DNA of 12,649 nt from Candidatus Krumholzibacteriia bacterium (GTDB lineage: Bacteria; Krumholzibacteriota; Krumholzibacteriia; WVZY01). A program made the translations under genes and the position numbers. The stretch is taken from assembly GCA_046754105.1 (NCBI GenBank), contig JBHHVD010000088.1:1-12649 (forward strand), read 5' to 3'. The notes under the pieces are model-generated. The model had not been told where the DNA came from. It ran no database searches and saw only the letters and a list, made by a program, of their open reading frames with translations. Positions 1 to 9,650 of the stretch are shown here, in pieces (position 1 is the stretch's first letter; each line of letters starts with the position of its first letter).

Positions 1-252
1 CCCTGGCGTATCTATGATGTTAATGCGGTGATCGTTCCAGAAACACGTCGTCGCGGCCGAGGTGATGGTGATGCCGCGCTCCTTCTCCTGCTCCATCCAG
101 TCCATCGTCGCCGCGCCATCATGCACTTCGCCCATGCGGTGGGTGCGGCCCGTGTAGTACAGGATCCGCTCCGTCACCGTGGTCTTACCGGCATCGATGT
201 GTGCCATGATGCCGATATTCCGGACTTTTTCTAGTGGAACCAATCTGGCCAT
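1..252 (-). CDS. fusA: Elongation factor G, N-terminal 84 codons (runs off the window start)
   Basis: Manual translation from ATG at 252 gives [84 protein letters not shown]. It has the G1 (AHIDAGKT), G2 (RGITI) and G3 (DTPG) motifs and lies directly after rpsG. Confidence 0.98.
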   Translation of the reverse strand, partial: MARLVPLEKVRNIGIMAHIDAGKTTVTERILYYTGRTHRMGEVHDGAATMDWMEQEKERGITITSAATTCFWNDHRINIIDTPG

Positions 253-471
253 TTTCTGCCTTTGCCCGACCGTCTCTCCGTGCAACCGGACGAGCGTCGG
301 CTCGAATGGTCAGGGAGATACCCGGGGGAGTTCGTGATACACACGGTTGGGGCACCGGGGGCGCCCACTCACAAACGCTGCGGACTTGCTGATTGCGTAC
401 CTCGGTAGCGTTAAGCCCTATGTGTTTGTTTTACAACCCTCTATGTGCACACCGTACGACGGGCCCAGGCG

Positions 472-942
472 TTACCACCTGAAGTGGGCGAACGCCTTGT
501 TGGCCTCCGCCATCCGGTGCGTGTCTTCCCTTTTCTTGATCGACGGGCCTTCCTGCTTCGCCGCCATCATCAACTCATTGGCCAGCCGCTCGGCCATCGT
601 CTTTTCGGGGCGGGTCTTTGCAAAACCCGTGATCCAGCGCATCGCGAGTGCCAGTCGACGGTCGTTTCGGACCTCGATGGGCACCTGGTACGTCGCACCC
701 CCGACTCTTCTCGACGAAACCTCGAGAGTCGGCTTTACGTTGTCGAGCGCTTTCTTGAACACGTCCAGGCCTTTTTGCCCGGTCTTTTTCTCGATGATAT
801 CAAAACAGTCGTACACGATGCCCTCGGCCACGGACTTCTTGCCCTTGCGCATGATGTAGTTGATAAACCGGGCCAGCACCCGGTCGCCGAATTTCACATC
901 CGCTGAAATCGCTCGTTTCTTTTGCACTCTTCTTCTAGACAT
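472..942 (-). CDS. rpsG: 30S ribosomal protein S7
   Basis: 156 aa with [19 protein letters not shown] and C-terminal [15 protein letters not shown]; str operon position. Confidence 0.99.
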   Translation of the reverse strand: MSRRRVQKKRAISADVKFGDRVLARFINYIMRKGKKSVAEGIVYDCFDIIEKKTGQKGLDVFKKALDNVKPTLEVSSRRVGGATYQVPIEVRNDRRLALAMRWITGFAKTRPEKTMAERLANELMMAAKQEGPSIKKREDTHRMAEANKAFAHFRW

Positions 943-956
943 TGCTCTTTAGCGCC

Positions 957-1331
957 TTATGCTTTCGGCCGTTTCACGCCGTACTTGGAACGGCTGTTGT
1001 GCCGGCCCTCGACGCCGGACGTGTCCAGCACGCCGCGGATAACGTGATAACGAACTCCCGGCAGGTCCTTGACCCTGCCGCCACGAATCAGGACGATGGA
1101 GTGTTCCTGGAGATTGTGTCCCTCTCCGGGAATGTACGCAGTTACTTCGAAACCGTTGGTCAGCCGAACGCGGGCGACCTTGCGCATGGCCGAGTTGGGC
1201 TTCTTCGGCGTCAGCGTATATACCCGGGTGCACACGCCCCGCTTCTGCGGGCACGCCGCCATGGCGGGCGTCTTCGTCTTGACCTTCTGGCGCTTGCGCC
1301 CGGCCCGGATTAGTTGGTTAATGGTTGGCAC
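957..1331 (-). CDS. rpsL: 30S ribosomal protein S12 (GTG start at 1331, 124 aa)
   Basis: MPTINQL N-terminus, TPKKPNSA and [11 protein letters not shown] motifs. The start was moved from the ORF-track 1358 to GTG 1331 to match the conserved N-terminus; purine-rich GAAGGGAAAAAT lies upstream. Confidence 0.98.
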   Translation of the reverse strand: MPTINQLIRAGRKRQKVKTKTPAMAACPQKRGVCTRVYTLTPKKPNSAMRKVARVRLTNGFEVTAYIPGEGHNLQEHSIVLIRGGRVKDLPGVRYHVIRGVLDTSGVEGRHNSRSKYGVKRPKA

Positions 1332-1379
1332 ATTTTTCCCTTCGACCAGACAATACAAACCCGCGGCTCATTCACCGGT

Positions 1380-1388
1380 TGTGGATAA
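1380..1388 (-). promoter_or_regulatory. Perfect DnaA-box consensus TTATCCACA inside an 8-bp inverted repeat in the rpsL leader
   Basis: Plus strand TGTGGATAA at 1380-1388. The inverted repeat is GTTGTGGA-TAACT-TCCACAAC at 1378-1398. Function is inferred only. Confidence 0.4.
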
Positions 1389-1483
1389 CTTCCACAACGA
1401 TAAATTTAACAACGAGTTAGCTCTGTTTCTCTGTATAAAGGCCGGGATACTTCCAGGCAAGATTGACTAGAGCACGCGAAACC

Positions 1484-1514
1484 CAAAACTATCGCTAAGT
1501 CATTAATTTGTCAA
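1484..1514 (-). promoter_or_regulatory. Putative housekeeping promoter of the str operon (rpsL-rpsG-fusA)
   Basis: Minus strand TTGACA (1514-1509), 17-nt spacer, TAGTTT (1491-1486), in the AT-richer rpoC-rpsL spacer and correctly oriented. Confidence 0.75.
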
Positions 1515-1586
1515 GCGATTTCGCCCGATCCATCGTTTTTCTTGTCCCCCCGTAAGTCGACTTTCCAACCCACCTCCACCCGGCGC

Positions 1587-4500
1587 CTATTCCTCAGCCG
1601 TTTCCTTATGCATTGCGGACAGCGGCTCTTGTTCGATCGGTACCGTCGCATCCTCCAATCCGAATTCCTCCTCCTCGTCGGGTTCGACCTGGAGCTCGAT
1701 CCGGTCGTAGGCCATAAGTCCGGTACCGGCCGGGATCAAATGTCCCATGATGACGTTTTCTTTCAAACCCAGGAGATGGTCGATCTTGCCCCGAACCGCC
1801 GCGTCTGTAAGAACGCGCGTCGTCTCCTGGAAGCTGGCAGCCGAAATGAAGCTCTCGGTGCTGAGCGACGCCTTCGTGATTCCAAGCAACATGGGTTTGA
1901 AGGTCGCCGCCCTGCCCTTCTCTTTGAGAACCCGTTCGTTCTCTTCGCGGAACGTGATCTTGTCCACCAGGTCGCCCTCTAGGAACATCGTGTCCCCCGC
2001 ATCCTCGACCTGGACCTTCTGCAGCATCTGGCGCACGATGGTCTCGATATGCTTGTCGTTGATCTTCACGCCCTGGAGCCTGTAGACCTCCTGAATACCG
2101 TTGACGAGGTATTCCTCGGCCGCGTTGACCCCCTTGATGTTGAGGATATCGAACGGATTAATCGGGCCCTCGGTGAGATTGTCCCCCGCCTCGACCAGGT
2201 CGCCCTCGTAGACCCTCAGGTGCTTTCCCTGGGGAATGATGTAGCTCTTTTCCTCGCCGGCGTCGTTGTTGACGAGAATCTTGCGCATCCCGCGGGTGAT
2301 CGGGCCGAACTCGATGACACCGTCGATCTCTGAAATGACGGCTGCTTCTTTCGGCTTGCGGACTTCGAAGAGCTCCGCGACACGCGGCAGCCCGCCGGTG
2401 ATGTCGCTGGTTTTACTGATGTCCTTGGCGATCTTGCACAGCTGATCCCCCGCCTTCACGGTCTGGCCGTCCTTGACCAGCAGATAGGCCCCCGTGGGAA
2501 CAATGAAGTTGCCTATGACCTTGCCCTTGGGATCCACAACGTGCAGGTGCGGATGCCGTTTCTTGTCGCGGTCCTCCGTGATCACCATCTGCATCTTGCC
2601 CGTCTTCTCGTCGATCTTCTCCTTGACTGAAACGTCCTCGACGATGTCCCGGAATTGAATGGTTCCGGCCTTGTCCGACAAGATGATGTCCGAGTAGGGA
2701 TCCCACTCGTATATCACCTCGCCCTTCTTGATGGTGGCGCCTTCCTTGACCAACAGCTCGGCTCCGTAGGGCACGCCGAATCGGGAACGAACCCGTTCGC
2801 CCTCGTCGAGTATCAGCACTTCGCTCTTGCGGCTGATGACGATGTCGGCGCCCGTGCGACCCTTGACCGACCGCAGGTTTCTGTAGGTGATCGCGCCTTC
2901 GTACTTGGATATCTTTCGGGATTGCTCGACGATCCGGCTTGCCGTACCGCCGATGTGAAACGTACGCAGGGTCAGCTGCGTGCCGGGCTCGCCGATACTC
3001 TGCGCCGCGATGACGCCGACCGCTTCACCAATCTCAACGATGCGTCCGTTCGCGAGGTTTGTGCCGTAACACAACGCGCACACTCCGCGCTTGGCCTCGC
3101 AGGTGAGTACGCTACGGATCTTTGCTTTTTCAACGCCCCGATCCTCTATCGAAATCGCCAGCTCGGGCGTCAGCAAGTTATTGGCCTCGACCAGCACTTC
3201 GCCGGTCACCGGGTCGAGGATGTCATCCACCGCGACGCGGCCGAGGATGCGGTCGCTCAGAGATTCGATGATTTCTTCGCCTTCTTTGAGGGCCCCGGCG
3301 TCGATCCCCATGATCGTGCCGCAATCGTGCTCGGTAACGATCACGTCCTGAGCGACGTCTACGAGACGACGCGTCAGGTAACCGGCATCGGCGGTCTTCA
3401 AAGCCGTGTCAGCAAGGCCCTTGCGGGCACCGTGCGTCGAGATGAAGTACTGCAGCACGGAGAGTCCCTCGAGAAAACTTGCGACGATGGGCATCTCGAT
3501 AATCTCGCCGATCTGACCCGTAATTTTCTTCTGGGGCTTGGCCATCAGTCCGCGCATGCCGGCGAGCTGCCGGACCTGTTCGCGGCTCCCTCGCGCCCCG
3601 GAATCGGTCATCATGAAGATCGAATTGAAGCCGTCGCGGTCGCTTCGCAGACCCTCGAACATGACTTCGCCGACCTTCGCGGTGGTTTGCGTCCAGGTGT
3701 CGATCACCTTGTTATAGCGTTCGCCGTCGGTGATGGCCCCTTCCTCGTACTGGCGAGTGATGTGCTCCACTTCCCGGCTCGCTGTATCAACAAGCTTCTG
3801 TTTTTCCGCCGGCACGATGAGGTCGTCAACCCCGATTGTCAGACCGCTCTTGGTCGCGTACGCGAAACCGACCCGTTTGAGGTTGTCGAGAAATACGACC
3901 GTCTGCTCGAGCCCGAGCATTTGAAAACTGGTGTGAACCAGCGCCTCCGTCGTGCGCTTATCGAGCACTTCATTCACGAAACGAAGCTTCTCCGGAACGA
4001 TCTCGTTGAAAATCACGCGGCCGGTAGTCGTGTTGATGAGCTCGTTTTCCCACCGCATGTTGATCTTGGCGTGGAGATCCAACTCGCCGGACTGGAACGC
4101 GAGAAGAACTTCTTCGGGCCCGTAAAAATACTTTCCTTCGCCGCGGGCGCTTTTGCGGGCCATCGTCAAGTAATAGATGCCGATGACCATATCTTGCGAC
4201 GGCGTCGTGAGCGGGTTGCCGCTCGCCGGAGAGAGGATGTTGTGCGCGGAAAGCATCAACGTGCGTGCCTCGAGCTGCGCCTCGTAAGAGAGCGGAACGT
4301 GCACGGCCATCTGGTCCCCATCGAAGTCCGCGTTGAAGGCACCGCAGACCAGGGGATGGATTCGTATGGCCTTGCCCTCGACCAGCACGGGCTGGAAGGC
4401 CTGGATACCGAGACGGTGCAGCGTCGGCGCGCGGTTCAACAGCACCGGGTGATTCTGAATGATCTCCTCGAGAATGTCCCACACCTCGGGGCTTTCCTGT

Positions 4501-5699
4501 TCGACGAGCTTCTTGGCACTCTTTACCGTCTGGACGTAATGTTTTTCCTCGAGTTTGCGAATGATAAATGGCTTGAAGAGTTCGAGCGCCATGCTCTTGG
4601 GCAATCCGCACTCGTGTATTCTCAGCTCCGGCCCGACGACGATGACCGAGCGCCCGGAGTAGTCGACGCGCTTGCCGAGCAGGTTCTGCCGGAATCGGCC
4701 TTGTTTTCCCTTGAGCATGTCGCTCAAGCTCTTGAGGGGCCGGTTGCCCTGGCCGCGCACGGCCCGAGAGCGCCGCCCGTTGTCGAACAGTGCGTCCACG
4801 GCCTCCTGCAGCATGCGCTTTTCGTTGCGCAGGATGACTTCCGGGGCCTTGATCTCGACCAGTTTTTTCAAGCGGTTATTACGATTGATCACTCGCCGGT
4901 AGAGGTCGTTCAAATCGGACGTCGCGAAGCGCCCGCCTTCCAGGGGGACGAGCGGACGGAGCTCCGGTGGCAATACCGGGATCACGTCCATGATCATCCA
5001 CTCCGGCTTGTTTCGCGAATTCCGAAAGGCCTCGACGACCTTCAACCGCTTGAGCTCATCCTTCTTGCGCTGAACGGACGTCTCAACCTTGATCTGGCTG
5101 CGAAGTTGTTCCGAGAGGTCATCGAGGTTGACCATCCTGAGAAGTTCGCGAATGCCCTCCGCCCCCATGAGCGCCTTGAACTTCGCCCCGGACTCGACGA
5201 GTTCGGCGTACTTGTCCTCGCTGATCATTTCCTTCACTTCGAGATCGGTGTCGCCGGGATCGAGGACGACGTACGATTCATAGTAGAGGATGCGTTCCAG
5301 ATCTCGAATCGTGACGCTGAGAAGATGCCCGATGCGACTGGGCAGCCCCTTGAAAAACCAGATGTGAGAAACGGGAACGGACAGAACGATATGGCCAAGG
5401 CGTTCGCGGCGAACGTTGGCGCGCGTGACCTCCACGCCGCAGCGGTCACAGATTACGCCCTTGTACCTTATTCTCTTGTACTTGCCGCAGCTGCACTCCC
5501 AGTCCTTCACCGGACCGAAAATGCGCTCGCAGAAAAGCCCGTCCTTTTCCGGTTTGAACGATCGGTAGTTGATCGTCTCCGGTTTCGTAACTTCGCCGAA
5601 GCTCCATTCACGAATTTTCTCCGGCGACGCCAACTGAATGCGAATCGCCTTGAAATCGGTGGGCTTTTTTCTGTCCTTATCGAGTGTTCCTGTGTACAC
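1587..5699 (-). CDS. rpoC: DNA-directed RNA polymerase subunit beta'
   Basis: 1370 aa. N-terminal Zn site (CSC...CDRC), catalytic NADFDGD (4314-4334), second Zn site (CGT...[11 protein letters not shown]), trigger loop RTFHIGG...[12 protein letters not shown] start preceded by GAGGAGG. Confidence 0.99.
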   Translation of the reverse strand: MYTGTLDKDRKKPTDFKAIRIQLASPEKIREWSFGEVTKPETINYRSFKPEKDGLFCERIFGPVKDWECSCGKYKRIRYKGVICDRCGVEVTRANVRRERLGHIVLSVPVSHIWFFKGLPSRIGHLLSVTIRDLERILYYESYVVLDPGDTDLEVKEMISEDKYAELVESGAKFKALMGAEGIRELLRMVNLDDLSEQLRSQIKVETSVQRKKDELKRLKVVEAFRNSRNKPEWMIMDVIPVLPPELRPLVPLEGGRFATSDLNDLYRRVINRNNRLKKLVEIKAPEVILRNEKRMLQEAVDALFDNGRRSRAVRGQGNRPLKSLSDMLKGKQGRFRQNLLGKRVDYSGRSVIVVGPELRIHECGLPKSMALELFKPFIIRKLEEKHYVQTVKSAKKLVEQESPEVWDILEEIIQNHPVLLNRAPTLHRLGIQAFQPVLVEGKAIRIHPLVCGAFNADFDGDQMAVHVPLSYEAQLEARTLMLSAHNILSPASGNPLTTPSQDMVIGIYYLTMARKSARGEGKYFYGPEEVLLAFQSGELDLHAKINMRWENELINTTTGRVIFNEIVPEKLRFVNEVLDKRTTEALVHTSFQMLGLEQTVVFLDNLKRVGFAYATKSGLTIGVDDLIVPAEKQKLVDTASREVEHITRQYEEGAITDGERYNKVIDTWTQTTAKVGEVMFEGLRSDRDGFNSIFMMTDSGARGSREQVRQLAGMRGLMAKPQKKITGQIGEIIEMPIVASFLEGLSVLQYFISTHGARKGLADTALKTADAGYLTRRLVDVAQDVIVTEHDCGTIMGIDAGALKEGEEIIESLSDRILGRVAVDDILDPVTGEVLVEANNLLTPELAISIEDRGVEKAKIRSVLTCEAKRGVCALCYGTNLANGRIVEIGEAVGVIAAQSIGEPGTQLTLRTFHIGGTASRIVEQSRKISKYEGAITYRNLRSVKGRTGADIVISRKSEVLILDEGERVRSRFGVPYGAELLVKEGATIKKGEVIYEWDPYSDIILSDKAGTIQFRDIVEDVSVKEKIDEKTGKMQMVITEDRDKKRHPHLHVVDPKGKVIGNFIVPTGAYLLVKDGQTVKAGDQLCKIAKDISKTSDITGGLPRVAELFEVRKPKEAAVISEIDGVIEFGPITRGMRKILVNNDAGEEKSYIIPQGKHLRVYEGDLVEAGDNLTEGPINPFDILNIKGVNAAEEYLVNGIQEVYRLQGVKINDKHIETIVRQMLQKVQVEDAGDTMFLEGDLVDKITFREENERVLKEKGRAATFKPMLLGITKASLSTESFISAASFQETTRVLTDAAVRGKIDHLLGLKENVIMGHLIPAGTGLMAYDRIELQVEPDEEEEFGLEDATVPIEQEPLSAMHKETAEE

Positions 5700-5739
5700 A
5701 GAGGTCCTCCTCGAACGCCTTTATCCGGCGCCAGCTTGT

Positions 5740-8700
5740 TTACCCTCTTTCCAACTCCACGTCCAGGCCCAGACTCTGCAGCTCTTTGATCAACACGTTG
5801 AACGATTCGGGAATGCCTGGTTCGGGCGGGTTTTCCCCTTTGACAATCGCCTCGTATATCTTCGCGCGCCCCTGGATGTCGTCCGACTTGACCGTCAGCA
5901 GCTCCTGCAGGCAGTACGCAGCCCCATACGCCTCGAGCGCCCACACCTCCATCTCTCCGAAACGCTGTCCGCCGAACTGGGCCTTGCCTCCGAGCGGCTG
6001 CTGGGATACGAGCGAATACGGTCCGATCGACCGCGCGTGAATCTTGTCATCCACCAGGTGCGAAAGCTTCATTATATAAATGTAGCCCGTAGTGACTTTC
6101 TGATCGAATTGCTCACCGGTCCGGCCGTCGTAGAGAATCGACTTGCCGTCCTGCCCAAGTCCGGCCTCGCCCAGCGCTTGTTTGATCTCGCCGATGGACG
6201 CACCGTCGAATACCGGGCACGCCACCTTGTAGCCCATGAGCCGCGCCGCCCACCCGAGGTGGGTTTCGAGAATCTGGCCCACGTTCATACGGCTCGGTAC
6301 GCCCAGGGGGTTCAGGACAATTTCGACCGGTGTGCCGTCCGGCAGGTGCGGCATGTCCTCTTCGGGTACGATGCGAGCCACGACGCCTTTATTCCCATGG
6401 CGTCCCGCCATCTTGTCTCCGACGGCGAGCTTGCGCTTGCGAAAGACGTACACCTTAACAAGCTTGGAAACTCCCGGAGGAAGCTCGTCACCGCGCGTTA
6501 TACGTTCTACTTCTTTCTCGTGTTGAATCTCGACCTTCTCGATGGCCTTGGCCGCAGTATCCATAACCACCTGGATGTTGCGGTCGACCTTGGCGTCCTT
6601 GACGATCGCCAGACCCCATTGCAGGTTGTCGATGTCGAGCGAATCGAAGAATTTCTCGTTGATCTTGCGTCCGGCTTTCGCGATAAGCTCGCCGGTTTCC
6701 GCACTGACGAGCTTCTCGCACACCTGGCCCACCATAAGCGACTTCAGCTTGCGCTCGCGGATGGCCTCGACGCGTTCGATCTCCTGGTCTCGCTCCTTCT
6801 TGAGTTGTCCCAGCTTCTGCTTGTCTTGTGCCCTGGATCTGTCATCGCGTTCTTTGCGCGAAAAGACCTTGATACCGACGACGATGCCGTCCATTCCCGG
6901 AGGCGCTTTCAACGACGCGTCGCGCACGTCACCAGCCTTCTCACCGAAGATCGCGCGGAGCAGGCGCTCTTCCGGCGAAAGGTCGGTTTCACCCTTCGGC
7001 GTTACCTTGCCGACGAGGATATTGCCGGCCTTGACCCGGGCTCCGATGTGGACGATACCGTCCTCGTCCAGATTGCGCAGGGCCTCCTCACCGACATTCG
7101 GGATCTCTCGCGTGATCTCCTCCATGCCGGCCTTGGTGTCTCTCACCTGGCACTCGAACTCCTCGATATGGATGCTCGTAAACCTGTCGTTCTTGAGGAA
7201 TGATTCGCTGACCAGGATCGCGTCCTCGTAGTTGTACCCGAGCCACGGCATGAACGCGACCAGCACGTTGGCGCCCAGCGCGAGTTCTCCACTGTCCGTG
7301 GCGGGGCCGTCGGCGAGCACGTCGCCGGTCTTGACGCGATCGCCCACTTTGACGAGCGGCTTCTGGTTGATGCAGGTGTCCTGGTTGGATCGCTTGAACT
7401 TGGTCAGATTGTAGACGTCCATCCCCTCGTACCGCGAAAAATCGTCGAGCGTGTCCCTTCCGGCCTGCGGGTTTATGATGACGCGCTCGCCGGTGACCGA
7501 TTCCACGGTTCCGGCCCTCCGGGCAAGGATCAAAACTCCTGAGTCCTTTGCGACCTTGCCCTCCATACCGGTGCCCACCAGCGGAGAATCCGTCTTGAGG
7601 AGCGGGACCGCCTGGCGCTGCATGTTGCAGCCCATCAGAGCTCGGTTGGCGTCATCGTGTTCGAGAAACGGGATCAGCGACGCAGCCGCGCTGACCAGCT
7701 GCCGGGGCGCCACATCCATGAACTGAACCCGCTTCGGCTCGACGACGGGAAACTCGCCACGGATACGGGACAGCACCACGTCGCGGAGGAACTTGCCGCG
7801 CTTGTCGAGCGGCGCGTTCGCCTGGGCGATAATACACTCCGCCTCTTCATCGGCGCTGAGAAACTCGATATCCACCGTCGCCGTTCCGCTCAGCACCTTG
7901 CGATACGGCGTCTCGAGGAATCCATACTGGTTTATGCGCGCATAGGTGCTCAGGGAACTGATCAGGCCGATGTTCGGACCTTCCGGTGTTTCGATGGGGC
8001 ACATGCGGCCGTAGTGGGTGAAGTGCACGTCCCGCACCTCGAAACCGGCGCGCTCTCTGGTGAGTCCGCCCGGACCGAGCGCTGACAGACGCCGCTTGTG
8101 CGTCAGCTCGGCGAGGGGATTCGTCTGGTCCATGAACTGGGACAGCTGACTGCTGCCGAAGAACGACTGCACGACGGCCGATACGGTGCGGGCGTTGATC
8201 AGCTCGTACGGCGTAATCTGTTCGCTCTCCTGCTGAAGCGCCATTCGTTCCTTGACGATCCGCGCCATGCGGGCCAGACCGATAGAAAACTGGTTGGCGA
8301 GAAGTTCTCCGACGGACCGGATGCGGCGGTTGCCGAGATGATCGATATCGTCCGGTTCCGCATCGGTCTCTTTCATGTCGAGCAGACAAGCGATTACCGC
8401 TATGAAATCCGCCTGGTCCAGGGTCGTCTTGTCCTCGGGAACATTGAGCTTCAAACGGTTGTTGATCTTGTACCGGCCCACGTTGGCGAGGTCGTAGCGC
8501 TTGGGATTGAAGAACATCCTCTCCAGCAGCGCTTTCGCCGTTTCCAGGTTCGGTGGATCCCCCGGTCGAATCAGGTTGTAGATTTTCTTGAGGGCGGTTT
8601 CCTGGTCTGCGCAGGCGTCTTTCGCAAGCGTCTTGAGGATGACGTCTTCGTCCGCACCGAGGTTTTCCCGAAATTTGATGCATGGGGCCATTTGGACTTT

Positions 8701-9570
8701 GGCCGCGCGAAATTTCTCGATATGCGCCTGCGTGAGCATCTGCCCGTTTTCGATAAGCAGCTCGCCGCTCTTCTTGTCGATGACGTCCTGGACGGCGACC
8801 CGTCCGATGATCGTCTCGTCTTTCTTGCTCGCGCGAGGGCCGATCTTGACGTTTTCGGTCTGGTGAAACAGGCGGATGATCGCCTGGTTCGAATCGAAAC
8901 CCATCGCCTTTAGCAGCACGGTCACGGGAATCTTCCGGCGGCGATCGATGTTGACGAACATCACGTCATTGATGTCGACGGTGAACTCGACCCAGGAACC
9001 ACGATAGGGGATGATCCGTGCGTTGAAAAGGCGCTTACCGTTTGGGTGAATCTCATCACCAAAGAACACGCCGGGTGAGCGGTGGAGCTGACTGACAATG
9101 ACGCGCTCGGCGCCGTTGATGATGAAGGTTCCCTTGTCCGTCAGAAGCGGAATCTCACCCAGGAAAACTTCGCTCTGGATGATGTCCTTTATTTTTTTCT
9201 CTTTGCTATCAGGCTCTTCCTCATTGATGACGAGTCGCAGCCGCGACTTCAGCGGCGCCGCGTACGTCAGGTCCCTTTCCTTACACTCTTCCTCGCTGTA
9301 CTTGGACTCGCCGACCGTGTAGCCGTGATACTCGAGAATGTACTTTCCCTTCGGCGATTCGATTGGAAACACCGACCGAAAAACCGACTCCAGCCCCTGG
9401 TCCTTTCGACGATCCGGCTCCACCGTCACCTGGAGGAAATTGGCGTAACTTTCCAGCTGGACGGCCAGGAGATTCGGTATCTCCATGATGTCCGGAATAT
9501 TTGAAAACGTCACACGTCCATTCTTGTCCTTGGGATAATTCAGAATGTCCGTCGTGCTCTTCTTGATCAT
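5740..9570 (-). CDS. rpoB: DNA-directed RNA polymerase subunit beta
   Basis: 1276 aa. Rif cluster [66 protein letters not shown] upstream of the ATG. Confidence 0.99.
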   Translation of the reverse strand: MIKKSTTDILNYPKDKNGRVTFSNIPDIMEIPNLLAVQLESYANFLQVTVEPDRRKDQGLESVFRSVFPIESPKGKYILEYHGYTVGESKYSEEECKERDLTYAAPLKSRLRLVINEEEPDSKEKKIKDIIQSEVFLGEIPLLTDKGTFIINGAERVIVSQLHRSPGVFFGDEIHPNGKRLFNARIIPYRGSWVEFTVDINDVMFVNIDRRRKIPVTVLLKAMGFDSNQAIIRLFHQTENVKIGPRASKKDETIIGRVAVQDVIDKKSGELLIENGQMLTQAHIEKFRAAKVQMAPCIKFRENLGADEDVILKTLAKDACADQETALKKIYNLIRPGDPPNLETAKALLERMFFNPKRYDLANVGRYKINNRLKLNVPEDKTTLDQADFIAVIACLLDMKETDAEPDDIDHLGNRRIRSVGELLANQFSIGLARMARIVKERMALQQESEQITPYELINARTVSAVVQSFFGSSQLSQFMDQTNPLAELTHKRRLSALGPGGLTRERAGFEVRDVHFTHYGRMCPIETPEGPNIGLISSLSTYARINQYGFLETPYRKVLSGTATVDIEFLSADEEAECIIAQANAPLDKRGKFLRDVVLSRIRGEFPVVEPKRVQFMDVAPRQLVSAAASLIPFLEHDDANRALMGCNMQRQAVPLLKTDSPLVGTGMEGKVAKDSGVLILARRAGTVESVTGERVIINPQAGRDTLDDFSRYEGMDVYNLTKFKRSNQDTCINQKPLVKVGDRVKTGDVLADGPATDSGELALGANVLVAFMPWLGYNYEDAILVSESFLKNDRFTSIHIEEFECQVRDTKAGMEEITREIPNVGEEALRNLDEDGIVHIGARVKAGNILVGKVTPKGETDLSPEERLLRAIFGEKAGDVRDASLKAPPGMDGIVVGIKVFSRKERDDRSRAQDKQKLGQLKKERDQEIERVEAIRERKLKSLMVGQVCEKLVSAETGELIAKAGRKINEKFFDSLDIDNLQWGLAIVKDAKVDRNIQVVMDTAAKAIEKVEIQHEKEVERITRGDELPPGVSKLVKVYVFRKRKLAVGDKMAGRHGNKGVVARIVPEEDMPHLPDGTPVEIVLNPLGVPSRMNVGQILETHLGWAARLMGYKVACPVFDGASIGEIKQALGEAGLGQDGKSILYDGRTGEQFDQKVTTGYIYIMKLSHLVDDKIHARSIGPYSLVSQQPLGGKAQFGGQRFGEMEVWALEAYGAAYCLQELLTVKSDDIQGRAKIYEAIVKGENPPEPGIPESFNVLIKELQSLGLDVELERG

Positions 9571-9602
9571 TTTGAACCTCGGTGGTCACAAGGATAGTCG
9601 CC

Positions 9603-9628
9603 AAAAACCGGTCGAAAACACACCGGCT
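9603..9628 (-). terminator. Possible weak intrinsic terminator/attenuator between rplL and rpoB
   Basis: mRNA-sense AGCCGGT-GTGTTTTCG-ACCGGTTTTT: a 6-7 bp stem followed by a short U run, at the position of the E. coli rplL-rpoB attenuator. Confidence 0.5.
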
Positions 9629-9650
9629 GCCAGGCCTGTCGTGCGTCGAC

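Noticed and set aside
253..372. 20-codon minus-strand ORF (GTG 372 to TGA 310, MSGRPRCPNRVYHELPRVSP) in frame with fusA, its TGA followed by a hairpin whose loop starts GU (SECIS-like geometry)
   Set aside because: No SD before the GTG, EF-G already has a normal N-terminus at 252, and the bacterial SECIS pattern is loose enough to match by chance.
395..440. Passing resemblance of ACAAACACAUAGGGCUUAA...CUACCGA to the P2 region of c-di-GMP-I riboswitches
   Set aside because: No GNRA-capped P1 hairpin or full P2 stem is visible, and the context is atypical. An Rfam scan would settle it.
1060..1210. Streptomycin-resistance substitutions in S12
   Set aside because: Both key lysines (in PKKPNS and RVKDLPG) are wild type.
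1332..1358. ORF-track N-terminal extensions of rpsL (to 1358) and rplK (to 11909)
   Set aside because: Conserved N-termini and ribosome-binding sites point to GTG 1331 and ATG 11834; the rplK extension would overlap nusG.
1370..1440. Possible replication origin (DnaA box plus AT-rich stretch)
   Set aside because: Only one perfect and one degenerate box, a very short AT tract, no DnaA-trio array and no dnaA/dnaN/gyrB context.
5713..5730. GCCGGATAAAGGCGTTC (minus strand) resembles half of an enterobacterial REP element
   Set aside because: The second palindrome arm is missing, there is a single copy, and the organism is not enterobacterial.
2655..5789. 1044-aa plus-strand ORF antisense to rpoC (and similar ORFs at 5638-7203, 8098-8913, 445-906)
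   Set aside because: The codons are in exact register with the sense gene, so antisense stops need sense TTA, CTA or TCA codons, which are rare in GC-rich highly expressed genes. No recognisable protein motifs. These are shadow ORFs.
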